The notes below the pieces were generated by a model. The model searched no databases and had not been told where the DNA came from. It was given only the letters and a program-made list of their open reading frames with translations. From assembly GCA_028534125.1 (NCBI GenBank), contig CM052816.1, forward strand, positions 96,226,001-96,290,000: a DNA stretch of 64,000 nucleotides, in the 5' to 3' direction. Below, one piece after another: positions 1 through 12,926 of this stretch (the stretch's first letter is position 1; the number at the start of each line of letters is the position of its first letter). The position numbers and the translations under genes are program-made. This stretch comes from Lama glama (Eukaryota).

Positions 1-319
1 CTGCTCACTAAACAATCAGAAAGTGGTGCCAACCAGCCAAATTGCTGTGTACAATGCCCTGAGAGGAGTTCCTGAAATGCAGCCCTCTGTATACGTGCAT
101 GTTCATGTGTGCGTGTGGTTGTGGTTACACACACACTCACAAGCACAATATTATGGATAGATCTACGTGCCATTTGCAGTCTGCTCCTCAAGGATTTACT
201 TGATGGTTTGCACAAAGATGAAATCTTATAATTGCCCTTATAATATTTATTACCTTGAGCTTTCAAGTTCTACAAAGATTTACTGGCTTCTCGCTAAGAA
301 CAAGCTAATTATGTAGACC

Positions 320-540
320 TGAGTTTCTCAGCCTCAACTCAATTGATGTTTTGGGCCAGAGAATTTCTTGCTGGGGGAGGGGGTTTGTCCTGGTTATTAT
401 AGGACGGTTAGCATCTCTGGCTTATGCCCATGATATGCAGCAGCATACCCCACCCCTCAAGTTGTGACAACAAATAGTTTTTCTAGAAACTATCAAATAT
501 CCCCTGGGGAAAAATTGCCTTTTGTTGAGAACCACTGGTT
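320..540. mobile_element. MER20-like hAT-Charlie MITE
   Basis: Termini TTTCTCAGCCT...GTTGAGAACCACTG and internal CAAGTTGTGACAAC resemble the MER20 consensus as I recall it. Confidence 0.75.
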
Positions 541-3269
541 TAGAATGATCATTTATGAAGATGTATGTATACGTGTTTATAAACACACAAGTGTTTTGTC
601 AAATAATATAGTCAAACCAACCATCACAGTTTATCTTTAAAAGACTAAAGGAGAGAGTGTTCTCATCCCATTTCCTCAGCAAGTTGAATGACTGTGTGCT
701 TCCAAAGGACATGAATTGTTTCCCAAACCACAGCAGTAACTAGACTTCCTCCGTTAACATTATTTCTGTTGAACCGGTTTCAATTGAACCTTTCGATTCT
801 CTATAGAAGAAGGTCTCCTTTCTGCCCCGAAGCTTTCATCTGTGTAACTTGAAGTTCTTTCTATGCATGTGTTGACTTTTACTGGCCAGAATTTCCAGTT
901 AGAAATCAAAATGACTTCTCCCCCAACCAGAAGCATTGTAATTAGAGTTTGCGGAACGCAAAGAGTAATAAGGAGCACGATTTCTTTCTTTTTCCAAAAG
1001 GGACAACTTGAAGAATATCTCAGAAAAGTAATTCAGGTCCTAGCATGAGTTAGCAACATTGGAAGGTCCTTTCCTTGCGGCTCGGACACCCAGCTGATCA
1101 GGTGCTCAGATTCTGTTAACCCTCTGGGTGGCATTCTTCCCATTAGAGAGTCAGGTGATGTCATAAGGATACAGTCACAGTGGGCATCTGTGTCCTAAAA
1201 TCATACATGATGTTATCCAACAGATGCAGATGTTGAAAACATGGTGAAGCCGCCACTCTGCTCATAGCCTGTAACTCTCGCGGCACTGAGTGGTCCCTCT
1301 TTCCCCAGAGAGCACCCTCCCCCGCCCCCAACACCAGGAAGGCCCTCACTCCCAGGGCGAAGACCCAAGAGCCCCGAGAGCCGTTCCTGTGAGTTGAGTG
1401 TTCGTTTCCTCTCCCGGGTCCTGTTGGGGCACTTCCTTCTGCTGTTGAATCCGGAGATACCCTTTCTCCTTCAGGTTGGCTCTGGTTTTCTGCTCTGATT
1501 GATCCTCCACATCCAGGGTAGATTCTGGCCTCTGACCCCCACTTCGCTGTGTTTCTGCCCCGCTGCTGAGCCCAGATGCAGGGACATTTGTTCTCACTGA
1601 CGTCCACACTCTGCATGCCATCTGCTCTCTGACCAGACGCCCTTGTCCCCTTGTGCTGTGCGCTGGAGTCGCCTTTCTCCACTATGCCTGTTATCCCTTC
1701 TTTTTTGCCATCATCTTAAATTTCTTGCCCTCTGGTGATGACCACCATCTTTCTGTAAAAATTCTCAGATCTCCTCTCTTTTCAATGAGACAGAACCACA
1801 TAAAGAAACCCAAACATACCAAAGACAAACACTTTTAATTCTGCAGTGGTTGTGATATTAGAGCCCCTTCAGTGATGCTGTCATCTTCTTGTCCTCAGCT
1901 CTCAACTGACTGGAGGTCAAGGCACAGGTGTCAAAAATTGGAGATCGGAGAGTTGGGTTTCTTCTTGGTAGAGCTCAGTGGGCATGTTGGAAAATCCCAG
2001 AGCTGGCGCATCAGGAATGGGCAGATTACGATCTGCTGAATTAAGAGACACAAGCTTCCACGTGGGGTCAGCAGGTAGCTTCCTTAGCATCCAAGCTCCC
2101 ATTTGAGGACGTGAAAATCCTGGGGCTTTTTGATTGAAGGTGCAGTTTCAACACAGTCACTCAAAAGAAGGAAAGGCACAAGGCTTATTAACTGTAGATC
2201 CCAGAACTCGGGCACCACGAGCTGGGAAGGTACAGTCCCCCATCCCAGGCCACCAGCAGGAGGTAGAGAGCGGGGTAGCAGACACCTATTCGCTTACCAG
2301 GTCGCCTGCACAGAGGTCACTGTCTTTTCCGGGGCTTAGTGGTCATTGAAAAAGGTAGGGGTGGAGGCTCTGCAGGTGGGAGGACCTGTGGGTGAATCAA
2401 CACCCGGCCATTAGGGAGGCTGAACCGTCTCAATTATCGGCTTCCTCATCTGCAAACTGGAGGTAACTAGTGACACACAGTAGGTACTCAAGAAATAGAA
2501 GTTACTGTGAACTCCTCAAAGTCTGGTACTACCTCTGATGTGCAGTGCACAGTGAGTCCATGTTTGTTGATTGACCGAATGAGTGACCATTTTGGGCTGT
2601 GGTTGCTGTTTCCTGACACCTACCGGCCCCCTCGTTCCCCCTCTTTCCCCCTCTTCCCTGACACTGACAAGCGTCCTCTGTGCTCCCCCGCTGTGCCACC
2701 CGCCTCCCCTTGGGGCTGGTCCCTCCGCACCTTCCTGTCCTGCTGCTGCCACGTGCCGGTCCCCAGGCACATTCACGTCCCTGCCCAATCCGTGGCACCT
2801 CCAGGTGTTCTCAGGACTCAGGGTCCCTGGGAGGCTATCACTCAGCCAACAGCTGCTCACATATTATGAAAAATGGAACTCATGCCTTTGTTTTGGGCAT
2901 TTTCCAGTTGACTGCCAGCAGAGCTCTGTGGGGAAGGCGGGTTGTCTCAGCAGGGGAGGTCGGCAGGACAGCAGTTACTAACTGTGGTCGGCAGAGTTTG
3001 GGGGTTTCGATTCACTGCAGGGGTTACATCGTGTGCGGGATAATTCACCTAGACGTGGAGGTTGTCCCTTTCTGTAATTGTATGAATTAACTCCCGTGGG
3101 GCAGACTCACGGAGTGACTAGTCCAGAGGTCGCTACAGTCCCTGTTTGCCTGTGTCAGCACCGTGCCGGGCCCCTTCCCACCCAGCCTCCAGCCAGCCAG
3201 CAGTCGGGCACTAACCAGTGCCATTTCCTCCAGCCACGCCTCCAGTGACATTGCGGACCGTGGCTGCGC

Positions 3270-3637
3270 TGGTTTAGTTTGTCCCCCAGGGCTGCTGGGA
3301 TGAAGCCCTGCAAGCTGCGTAGCTTAGGAATATATTCCCTTGGAGTCCTGGAGGCGAGAAGACCAAGGTCCAGATGTCGGCAGAGCGATGCTCTCTGAAG
3401 ACGCCAGGGGAGGACCCTCCCTCACCTCTTCTGACTCTGCAGCCCTAGGCATTGTTGGCTTGTGTCCGCATGTTGTCACATGGCCATCTTCATAGAAGAG
3501 CACCAGTCATATTGGATTAGAGACCCACCTTACTGCAGGATGACCTCGTCTTATATCTGCCACGACCCTATTTCCAAACGAGTTTGCATTTAAGGCACCA
3601 ATATATCTTTGCGGGGGCATACAGTTTACCCATGATA
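3270..3637 (-). mobile_element. MLT1 (ERVL-MaLR) solo LTR, MLT1B/C-like
   Basis: Characteristic segments CTGGAGGCGAGAAGACCAAGGTC, CACCAGTCATATTGGATTAG, ACCCTATTTCCAAA and terminal CCCATGATA. Confidence 0.75.
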
Positions 3638-4320
3638 GTGTCCCAATCAGGAAACACTCAAATGAAATCTGAAAGTTCAGCGTCTTACTTTCTGACGACT
3701 CTCTTACATCGCTTTCTATGCTGTGAGCACATCCTCTGCCCATCCAGGTGCCTCAGCTGTGTCCTCCTCACTGCGGGCCGGCCCTTGCCTTCTTGTTTTC
3801 ATTGAGAATCCAGACTTGGCAGGGAGGGCTCAGGGAACTGTCGTCTTTGCCCAGGGCAGAGCTGGTCTGCACCTGTGTCCTCCTCCCGAGCTCCAGAGCG
3901 CTGGTGCGGACAGTCTGTCCACAGAACTGCTGCCTTGCGTGCTGAGCACCCCTCCTCACCCCAGGATCCCTGGGGAAGGAGTGCCTCCCCCCTCGGCAGC
4001 ATTCTGAAGCGGATTTCACCTCTGTTCTTTGAACCACCCCCTCAAAGGAGCGCAGTGGAAGCTTGGCAGAAATGAGCGCACTGACCTTACAGGCTAAGGG
4101 AAGCACAGATGCTCTTCAGGGTGTCAGAACACGGAGACAGAGCAAGTCATGGCCCTTAGTGACCCCAGCGTCCCAGGACCCCCTGTGCTTCGGGGCTAAT
4201 CTTCAGGCAAATGGTGATCTCGAGCTGTCCAGGGTGACGTCTTGCCAGGGTTCAGAGAGCCCTGAGTAAGGACCCACCAAGCCTCTCGCCTTCCCACCAC
4301 ACCTCCCAGAGACCCAGCAT

Positions 4321-5000
4321 AAATGTACGCCGTAGTTCCAACAGCTTGCCTTGCGCCGGCGCAGTGCCTCGGACCTGACGCCAGAGTGCCAGGCGCAATT
4401 GCTCAAGACACCGCCAGCCCTGCGGCTGCCCACCCCTGCGGGGGTGTCCCGCCTGCGCCGCTGCACCAGCGCAACAGGACCCAGTGGCGGCCGGGCCGGC
4501 GGCTGTCAGCAAGGGCAGAAGGGAGGCGAGCGGGCCGACTGCGGACACTGTCACTGGGTCCTCTCTCTCCCGGCCGCCGGCGTGCTCTGGCTCCTCCCGC
4601 TTTTTCAGCGCCGAGCCCTGCTGCTTGGCCGCGTGCGCGCTTGGTGCCCTTTGAGGGGGAGCGTGCAGCTCCGGGCTGCGCCGCGCCTTCCTCCCGGGGC
4701 CTCTCCGCTCCTGCTGCTGCTGCTGCTCTTCCTGCCCTGGGCTTCTACCTCCTCCCCATTCCCTCGCCTCTGTAGCTTCAGCCGAAGCTTCAGTTTCCCC
4801 CACACCCGGCTGGGTCCCTTTCGTCCCTTCTTGACATCTTGCACGATTGTGCTCGCCCCACGATACTGGGGCCCGTGGTCACTGTCCTGATCGAAGGCCA
4901 CCAGAAGAGCCCCCACTTCCCCTGCAGAGAAAGCCGCATTGCTCCCGGCCGGCCGCCCCTCCCTCCTGTCCTCGCTCCCTCCTGCCCTCCCCGGGCGCCC
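4321..5000. promoter_or_regulatory. Intronic CpG-island-like segment
   Basis: Very GC-rich; hand count of roughly 35-40 CpG in 4321-4680, far above the flanks. NotI site GCGGCCGG-like clusters, a (CTG)n run near 4711-4727 and GC boxes near 4950-5000. Confidence 0.6.
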
Positions 5001-5045
5001 TCTGCTTCACCTCTTAAATGCTGCACACTGGCTCTTCCTCTCTCC

Positions 5046-5613
5046 CAGGGAGCAGCAAGCGTTTTCTATAAAGGGCCGGAGAGTAAGTATTTTAGATTTT
5101 GCAGTCCATATGGGCTCTGTTGCAGTTTTTCTTTTTTTTTTTTTCTTTTTTTTTTATTGAAGTGTAGTTGATTTACAATGCTGTGTTAGTTTCAGGTACA
5201 TAGAAAACTGATTCAGTTTCATATATACATAACTTTTTCAGATTCTTTTCCATTATAGGCTATTATAAGGTATTGAATATAGTTCCCTGTGCTATATAGC
5301 AGGTCCTTGTTGTGTATCTGTTTTATATACAGTAATGTGTATATGTTAATCTGACACTGCTAATTTATCCCTCCCCGTTTCCCATTTGGTAACCATAGTT
5401 TGTTTTCTATGAATATGGAGTCTGTTTCTGCTTTGTAAATAAGTTCACTTTTTAGCCTTTTTTAGATTCTATATATAAGTGATATATGTCTTTCTCTGTT
5501 TAATTTACTTCATTTAATATGATAATCTTTAGATCCATCCACGTTTCTGCAAATGGGATTATTTCACTCTTTTTAATGGCTGAGTAGTGTTCCATTGTGT
5601 ATGTATGTGTGTG

Positions 5614-5645
<32 letters not shown>

Positions 5646-5968
5646 CCACAACCTCTTTATCCAATCATCTGTTGATAGACAGGTTGCTTCTATGTCTTGG
5701 CTGTTGTAAATAGTGCTGCTGTGAACATTGAGGTGCATGGTATTTTTTCTAATTACAGTTTTCTCCAGATATATGCTCAGGAGTGGGATTGCTGGAATCA
5801 TATGGCAACTCTATTTTTAGTTTTCTAAGGAACCTGACAATTCTGCCATCACAGCATGAAAGCACCCATCACCAATGCATCCATGAATGCTGTGTGCTTG
5901 TAAAACTTTATTTACAGCAAGTGGGTAGGAGCTGGCCTGAGGGCTATCGTTTGTTGGTCCTTGTTCTA
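5046..5968. mobile_element. MER58A-like hAT MITE split by an L1 insertion (halves about 5046-5125 and 5840-5968)
   Basis: Left half TTTTCTATAAAGGGCCGGAGAGTAAGTATTTTAG; right half AAAACTTTATTTACA...GGGCTATCGTTTG. The halves are continuous with the MER58A consensus across the L1. Confidence 0.7.
5126..5835 (-). mobile_element. 5'-truncated LINE-1 (ORF2 C-terminal remnant, 3' UTR, poly-A)
   Basis: Poly-T at 5126-5156 followed by TTATTGAAGTGTAGTTGATTTACAAT. Minus ORF 5559-5801 contains IPAIPLLSIY and DDWIKRLWH, typical of the L1 ORF2 end. Internal (TG)n near 5620-5645. Confidence 0.92.
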
Positions 5969-8900
5969 TCTGGAGAGCTTTTTGCCCCCAGACAATCCAC
6001 CTGGCCAGCTCCATTCAGTTTTTGCCTCTTTTCCATGGGACCTCGCCCTGACCACCTTTGAAATTACAGTTTTCTCTGTCTAGACCTCTTGATTCCTCTT
6101 AGCCACGTTCAACTTTCATCCTTATGTTATGTTCCTTTAGCACCTTGTCCCCTTTCCTCCACTGGGATGGAAGTTCCCCAACGCCTGGGGTTGTTTGCTT
6201 TGGTCCTTGAGGTAACCCACACACTTTCAACAGTTCTGGGCATGTAGTAAGCACCCAATGCATCACTTCTGAATAGATGAGTTAATAGATGAGTAGTTTA
6301 CCTCTGTTTTTCTCACCGGTGAGTTTATGAATTCCTTGAGGGCAGGAATTAGATGTGAGCAATTTTTTTGTGTGCTCAGCATTTCGCTTAGTGCCTGAAA
6401 TAGAGTTGAGTCTCCATCAATATTTATTGAATGAGTAAGAAATAAACACTTTTCACCAGGAGCAGAAATATGAATTCTGTTGTTAACAAAGGGAACGTGT
6501 CCTATTAGTTGTGACCCAGAATTAAAAGAATATAGATTTGTATGTTTGAACTGATGCAGTTTCAAATATTTGAAGAATCTTCCTTTGCCATATCTTTGGA
6601 GTCCCATTTTCAACCATTAAGTATTCAGTCAGTTATCAAAGACAGTGTAATCGATTGGATAATGTTCTGGAGGCATTTGAAACATTTTATGATATGTTTG
6701 GTCATGAGTATAAGTTTCAAAATCGAATTTCTCTCTTGTGCCTAAATCACTCTTAAAACAAATTTATGTGTTTAGAGAAATACCTTAACAGCCTTAATGC
6801 GTTCAAATACTAATCGTTAATAACTCTTATTAAATGATTACTGTAAAGCAGGACAATAAATGTTTAATGGTTGAGGCTTAAAATAGAGAAGCTGTAAAAC
6901 TTGCCTTCAAGAAACTGGCAATCAAATCGGGGAAACAGTAAACCTGTGAAAAGTTAATTTCCAAGTTAATACTGTACAAACTGAGTCTGTGTGCTCCGGG
7001 GGAGCTGCTGGGTTGCACATGGACTAAAACCTCCACAGGACTTGGGAAGACAAAGTCGTCAGTGAGCTTTACCAGCTCAGCATGGCCATCGACAGGGACA
7101 CGGTCTCCCTGGCCCTCGGCGATCTGCTTGTTCTCCTTCCTAAGAGGCAACATTTGTCTTTCTCTGGGGTTGTCTGCATGACCCCCACGGCTTCCTCCGT
7201 CCTCTGAGATTCCAGCCTTGACCTCACCTTGGAGCAAGACACGCTTGACATTCATGTATCTTTTTCTTTTCTTTTTTTATGAGCTAATACGTATCTAGTT
7301 AAGAAAACTTTTTGTAACAATCCCAAATTCTCCTGGTTTGAAATACTTCAATGATGTTACCCACACACTAAATAGACTCTTCGAAGTCTTTCAAATACAG
7401 TGATTAACCTCCAGGCGATGAAAGATAATTTACTTAGAGGGAGAAAAGGCCCCTCTGTGCTTAACTCAAGGAGAAATTGCTTCTGCTTATCGTGAAGACA
7501 GGTGCCTTGCTCAGCTCCCTGCTCCTCCCTGGGAGCAGACATTGTTTTGAGGGGGTCCAGACGCACACGGCCAGGCGGGGGAGACTCTGCTGGGCTCCAT
7601 CCTGGTGACAGTGGGATCACTCTTGGCCGAATCTACACAGTGCAGTCCCTGAAGATGTGAACACGCTGCACGAGGCTCTCCCTGGACAGACAAAATTTGC
7701 TAAAGCAGGAAATTCAGAAATGGAAGCAGAGTTCACAGAACAAGTAAATAAAGACTAGTGGAATGTGGGAATGACATATATATATACATGTATTTTTTTT
7801 AGGAAATCTAAATGTTTATCAAGGGAAAGAAGCTCGGTAACACCGGGACTGAAGTCAGGACTGCATAGTCAGCAGCCTCGTTTTGCATTTTATCAGCCAG
7901 CATCTGAGGAGATGCTCACAGAGAGGCGTCACTGGGATCAGTGGACTCTGTACTGCAGCTGAGGGGCTGCACCCTGACAGCTGACTCAGGAACTTTAAAC
8001 TTGCCCGAGTGGTGGGACACGTACTTGGAGCACGGGAGCAAAGTCGTGTGATGTGCGACCCGACATGACAAGCTGCCCTTTTCTCATTCTCGGGCTTGGT
8101 CAAGCCTATCAGATAGAGGGCACTGGGCAGATTGTCTTCTGGGGGACGGATGTATTTTGGAAACTGTGTTGTAACCCAGTGATCTTTATAGGATCAGGAA
8201 AGAGCTTACATAAATGGCTTCCCTGCCTGCCATCTGCTGGTCCGTGCTCACATTGGAGTCTCTGGTCCCTCCAGTTACTCCTGGTGCAAGGAGGAGTCAT
8301 GGTGGCTGTTTACAACTTTCCAGGGAGATGGGAGACTCCACATATGTGTCATCTGGAATCCTCTGCACAGCTGTCCGAAGGAGATGACATTGTCCTCATT
8401 TACAGATGAGCAGACTGGGGTCAGAGGGATCAGCCACCTGAACCAGGGCCGCACAGCTGATGCGTGCACGAGCTAGGATTTGTGAACAGATCCTTCCCCT
8501 CCTATGGGCTCCCAGCCTCCCTTTTGTTTAGCCAACATCTTCGGAAATGACTTCATAAGCTGCTTCCATCTGTCTCCTGAGTCCACACTTTTATGCACAT
8601 GTTGCCTTGGAAGACGGATATGGCGACTTGGGAAAAGGTGGTGGGTGTTTCCTGGATTGGTGAAAGCTCGACAAAGGAGGTGGAATGACCTGGGTGGTTA
8701 AACCCAAAGCAGAAGAGCTTATGGGGTTATTTAACTCTGCCCTTTGTGGGCAGACACGTTTGGTAGGGAGCAGGAAGGGATCGATTCTTGTGGTGCTCTT
8801 GGAAAATAGTGTTGAGTTCTGTCCTGGTCATTGAGTGCTGAGTTTCTGAAAGTTAGCTAGACACAAAATCCCTTCAGTCTTGTGGTGAAGGCTCTATACT

Positions 8901-10030
8901 TGCCAGTAAGTCATTTGGACTTTCAGTTTGCATATCTCAACAGAGAACAAGTGAATCCACCCTTCCTTCCCCCACCAAGATATTATGAAGCCAAAGGTAC
9001 CAACTGTATACACTAAATCATATGGAGACCTGCATCCAAAATAAAAAAAAAATCCATACAAAGAAGATATGCCCCCTTATTGAGAATACAACATATTATG
9101 TAGAAATTTGCTGTGGTTACGTAACCACTCAGGGAACAGTTTCATGTTCATTATCCAGAGATCATAGCACTTTCCTGGTAACAGTACTGGATCACTCCTG
9201 GCAACTGGCATGATAATTAACATTGCTGCCTTTGCCTCTCAAAGGTTTTCCAGTTTGGACCATAAATCATATTGTCGTCTTGTTTATAAGATACTCACTT
9301 CTCTGTGTTTCAGCAAATTTGTTTCCATATTATTCTATTAAACTCTTTGTTTTCCTTCAGCCAGTGGCCTCTCACAATTTTTCGTTCGCTGCTGCATGCT
9401 TGGATAGTGTCATTCCTTGGTGTTTTCGTCTTCTGTCCTGCCCTGGCCCAGATCACCTCAAAAGACAAAGACCGAGCCCTCACATACGTTTACTTATTCT
9501 AACTGCATAATGGTGGAGTCCAGTATCTTTTTACAATTAAGTCTTACATGGTTTCTTCTTAGTCTTTAAAACTATTTTATAGGCGTTAAAGTAGTTCTAA
9601 GATCTTTGAATTAAAGTTAATATTCCAATTAAGAAAACACCTAAGTTTTAGGATTCTGCAGGTTAAATGACTGATTCCTAAAAGAAGTGAACCTATACCT
9701 TTAAAATATAATCAGGAAAAAATGAACATGGCCAGTAGAAACTTTCTGCTTTGAAAATGTTCAGAAATACATAGGCCTGAAATTACTTGTCACTAATCGA
9801 GCCTAGGAGTATGTGACTTGGTAGAACCTTCAGGAGATCGGCAAGGCTGCCAGAGGCTGTGTGCCTGGGATGGAGAGGGAGCAGACTCGGGAAGGCTGTC
9901 TCTCTGTCCCTGTGAGCTCGAACAGGCAGACAGCCAGCCAGTTAATGGAGCTCCTGTAGGCACGGAGAGAGGAGAATCCGAGGTGAAGACTTTGGGCTGT
10001 GAGTTTCCTGTTTGCTTGTACTGTTCCTTT

Positions 10031-10151
10031 TCTGGGGGGGTGGTAATTAGGTGTCTTCATGGATTTCTGCTTGGAGGAGGTACCGGGGATTGAGCCCGGG
10101 ACCTCTTGGGTGCCGAGTGTGCACTCTACCCCTGAGCTATGTACCCTTCCC
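10031..10151 (-). mobile_element. tRNA-derived SINE (Vic-1-like), diverged
   Basis: Reverse complement gives GGGAAGGGTACATAGCTCAGGGGTAGAGTGCAC...GGCTCAATCCCCGGTACCTCC...ACCTAATTACC, homologous to the copy at 17118. Confidence 0.85.
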
Positions 10152-12839
10152 GCCTAGGGTTTCATGTTCATGTACAGGTGGCAGTTCTCATTCAGGAAGA
10201 GACAGTCTGTGCCCACGTGGTACAAGTTGCTCCTGTTTGAATCAGCAAATTTATGTAAATCACGTGCTTTCAACAGGGCACATTCCCATGAAGAAGGGAG
10301 GAACCACATGTGGCTGCTGGGACCCCACGTCTAGTCCTGCAGTGTTTTAGCTGTGACTTTCTTTCTGCCAGGTGCTCAGTAAGGGAAGGGCCTGGGCTGC
10401 AGGGCCCGCGTTGCTGTGTCAGTGAGGACACGCTGGGCCAGTCCCACCCCCAGCCTCACCTGGCCACCACGACCACCGTGCACACACATGGGAATCTGGG
10501 CCATGCGCCTGTCTTTAAAGCTCTCAGTGTCTCTCCAGTGGCGGCTGAACTCCAAATCCCTCACCACGAATTGCTGCCCTGGCCTGGCCTTCAGCCAGCC
10601 ACCTCTCCCTTTGATCCCTTTGTGCCCAGACTAGCGTCACACCCCCCACCTCCAACATTAGAGTCTCGGCATTAGCAGTCTCGGGCCGCTGTCTGTCCCG
10701 TGCTTGGCCTGGGGCCCCTTCCAACCCCACATCTGTCCTTCCCCGGAGCCCCTCCTTTCTGATTCTTGACTTCTCCTTGCTGTCCTCGGCCCCCATGGTC
10801 CTCGTCGTCACTGCGATTGCTTGTTGGTCTGTGTCATGTTTGTTCCCTCACACTGGCCTTGAGGGTGTGGGCTGTGGGATCCCCAGGGCCCAGGACAGTC
10901 CCCGCAGCGGGTGATCAGTCAGTCCCTGATGGCGGAGAGGACCCTGGCTGGCATTAAAGCCTTCGTCTCTAACACGGACCCTCCACCGTGTTTGGTTCCA
11001 GACCCACTGAAAGGAACATAGACCCTAATCTGATACACAGAACGCAAAGGTAATGGATTAGCTTGTTAAAGAAATACTGATGACATGTTTACCAACAGGT
11101 GCATTTGTACTAATTTATGCATTTATTATTAATTTATATATTTGCTATTTATAGACTAATTTACATATGTAAATCAAGAGTGATCTGTGTTTTGATGATT
11201 AGCAGCCAAGTGGCAGGCACCTGCGTTCTCTGCCGTCGACTCTTACCGCGATACTGAATACTGGGTGTTGTCATCACCACTTTGAGAGGAGGAAACTGAG
11301 AGTGTGTGCTGGTAAACAATTGACTAAGTTCATACAGCCAGTAGATGGAAGTATTGAGCCATATATACATACACCTCAATACCAGACGTATGTACATCAC
11401 AGACACGTATGTCCATCCGTCTGTCTGTCTGTCTGCTTATCTATGTATCTATCATCTACCTTTTATCTTTTATTAGAAATTGTAGGGAACAAACTTCAGT
11501 ACATTAATGGCTCTTAAGCCACTTTTTACTTCATTTAATGGTACTTTAATTTACCCACTCTTAATAAATACCTGAATGAAATTAGCTTAACTTTGGAACC
11601 CTCTGCAGCACAATTTTATATCTCCAAAACAATGTGTGCAGTAGGGAGGGTCTGAAATCTAGGAATGCACACAGAGATGGTCCTGATGGTGACAGACACC
11701 AATAAACTAGGAAACTGAAGCCCTCTGACTCACTGAGTGTCATGTCTAAGGACTGTATCCATGAACTCCTTCTTATTTGTGAAATGTCTGGCTCATTGAT
11801 CACCTTTTGATCACCTTTCAGCTTTTAATGTATGCATGTTTGAGTGTTCATTATCATCACGTGAAGTTCTACTAAATATAAATTATTTAAAGGGAAATCA
11901 AAGTAAATCATGAAATAAAACTTGCAGTCCTCCTTTATTGGGGTGCACCTTGTGCAGATCTCTCTAATCCTCACAGCAAAGCAGGTCTTTCGTGCACCGA
12001 GTTGTCCTACAGGATGAAAGTGTATTCTGGGTCTGAGTGGTCCAGCCCGGGGCTTCAAGCTGGACTAGGCAGATCCACATCCCATACAAGCTCTACCCCT
12101 GCCGTCTTCCAGTCTGCCTTTGGCAAGGGTATCTCAAGGTGTCCTTTGGTTGCAAAAAAAAAAAAAAAAAAAAAAAAAAACTTATGATAGATTTTGATTC
12201 TAAGTAAGATTTTTGTAAAGTTGGAAAATTAGAATTCCTTTCTGTCTTTGATGTCCGTTCTCATCAATTTAGACAGACATTTCTCTTCAGTGGTCTGGTC
12301 AATCATGAGGTTGAACTGTTGAACGTAGACTGACGTAGTAGGAAGAGGAAGACGAGGGAGTGGGTGGTCCATCCGGATGCTCAGCGTTTGGTTTTCCAAG
12401 GTCAAAATCTTCTCAAAAATTCGTTCTTCTCATTAGACACGTTTATTTATATCTTGGGTCCCTTCACGGTACTCCCGTCTTCATGGTCACCATTAATGTA
12501 GGTAAACATGCAAAATAAAAGTTTTTGTATCATGAAACGTAATTCTTATAACAAGACACATTTTGTAGAATCCTCTGTAATCTATAACTCAGTGTGTTTT
12601 ACAAACATAAGGAAAAAACAGCTTCTCCGTCATAGGTTTATAATAAGCTTGATGTGTTCTCATGTCTGTGTTTATTCTGAATTAGCAGTACCTTCTATTC
12701 ATTTGTAGCTCTAATAATAATGAACGAGGGATCTCTCTCTCACACACTGACATTCATTGTGGACAAGAAGGCCACTGACTTATGACTTGTTCAGTTCACT
12801 CAGGAGTGACAAATGCTAGCTTGTGATGGACTGCATTTT

Positions 12840-12926
12840 TTTTTTGATAGCATCTTTTTTTTTTTACATTTTTATTGATTCATAATCATTTTACAGTGTT
12901 GTGTCAAATTCCAGTGTTCAGTACAA
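12840..12926 (-). mobile_element. Extremely 5'-truncated young L1 3' end with 15-bp target-site duplication
   Basis: GATGGACTGCATTTT at 12825-12839 and 12927-12941 flanks poly-T plus ACATTTTTATTGATTCATAATCATTTTACAGTGTTGTGTCAAATTCC. Confidence 0.85.

Noticed and set aside
4252..4890. 150-183 aa ORFs as a nested gene or retrocopy
   Set aside because: No recognisable protein, poly-A tail or TSD. Long ORFs in several frames on both strands are expected from stop-codon scarcity at high GC. Kept only as a CpG-island finding.
6878..7255. 125-aa minus-strand ORF with protein-like composition
   Set aside because: No recognisable domain or exon structure; length is within chance expectation for 64 kb.
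12154..12180. Long poly-A run (also 45363-45386) as a retrocopy tail
   Set aside because: No recognisable upstream element or TSD; treated as a mononucleotide microsatellite.
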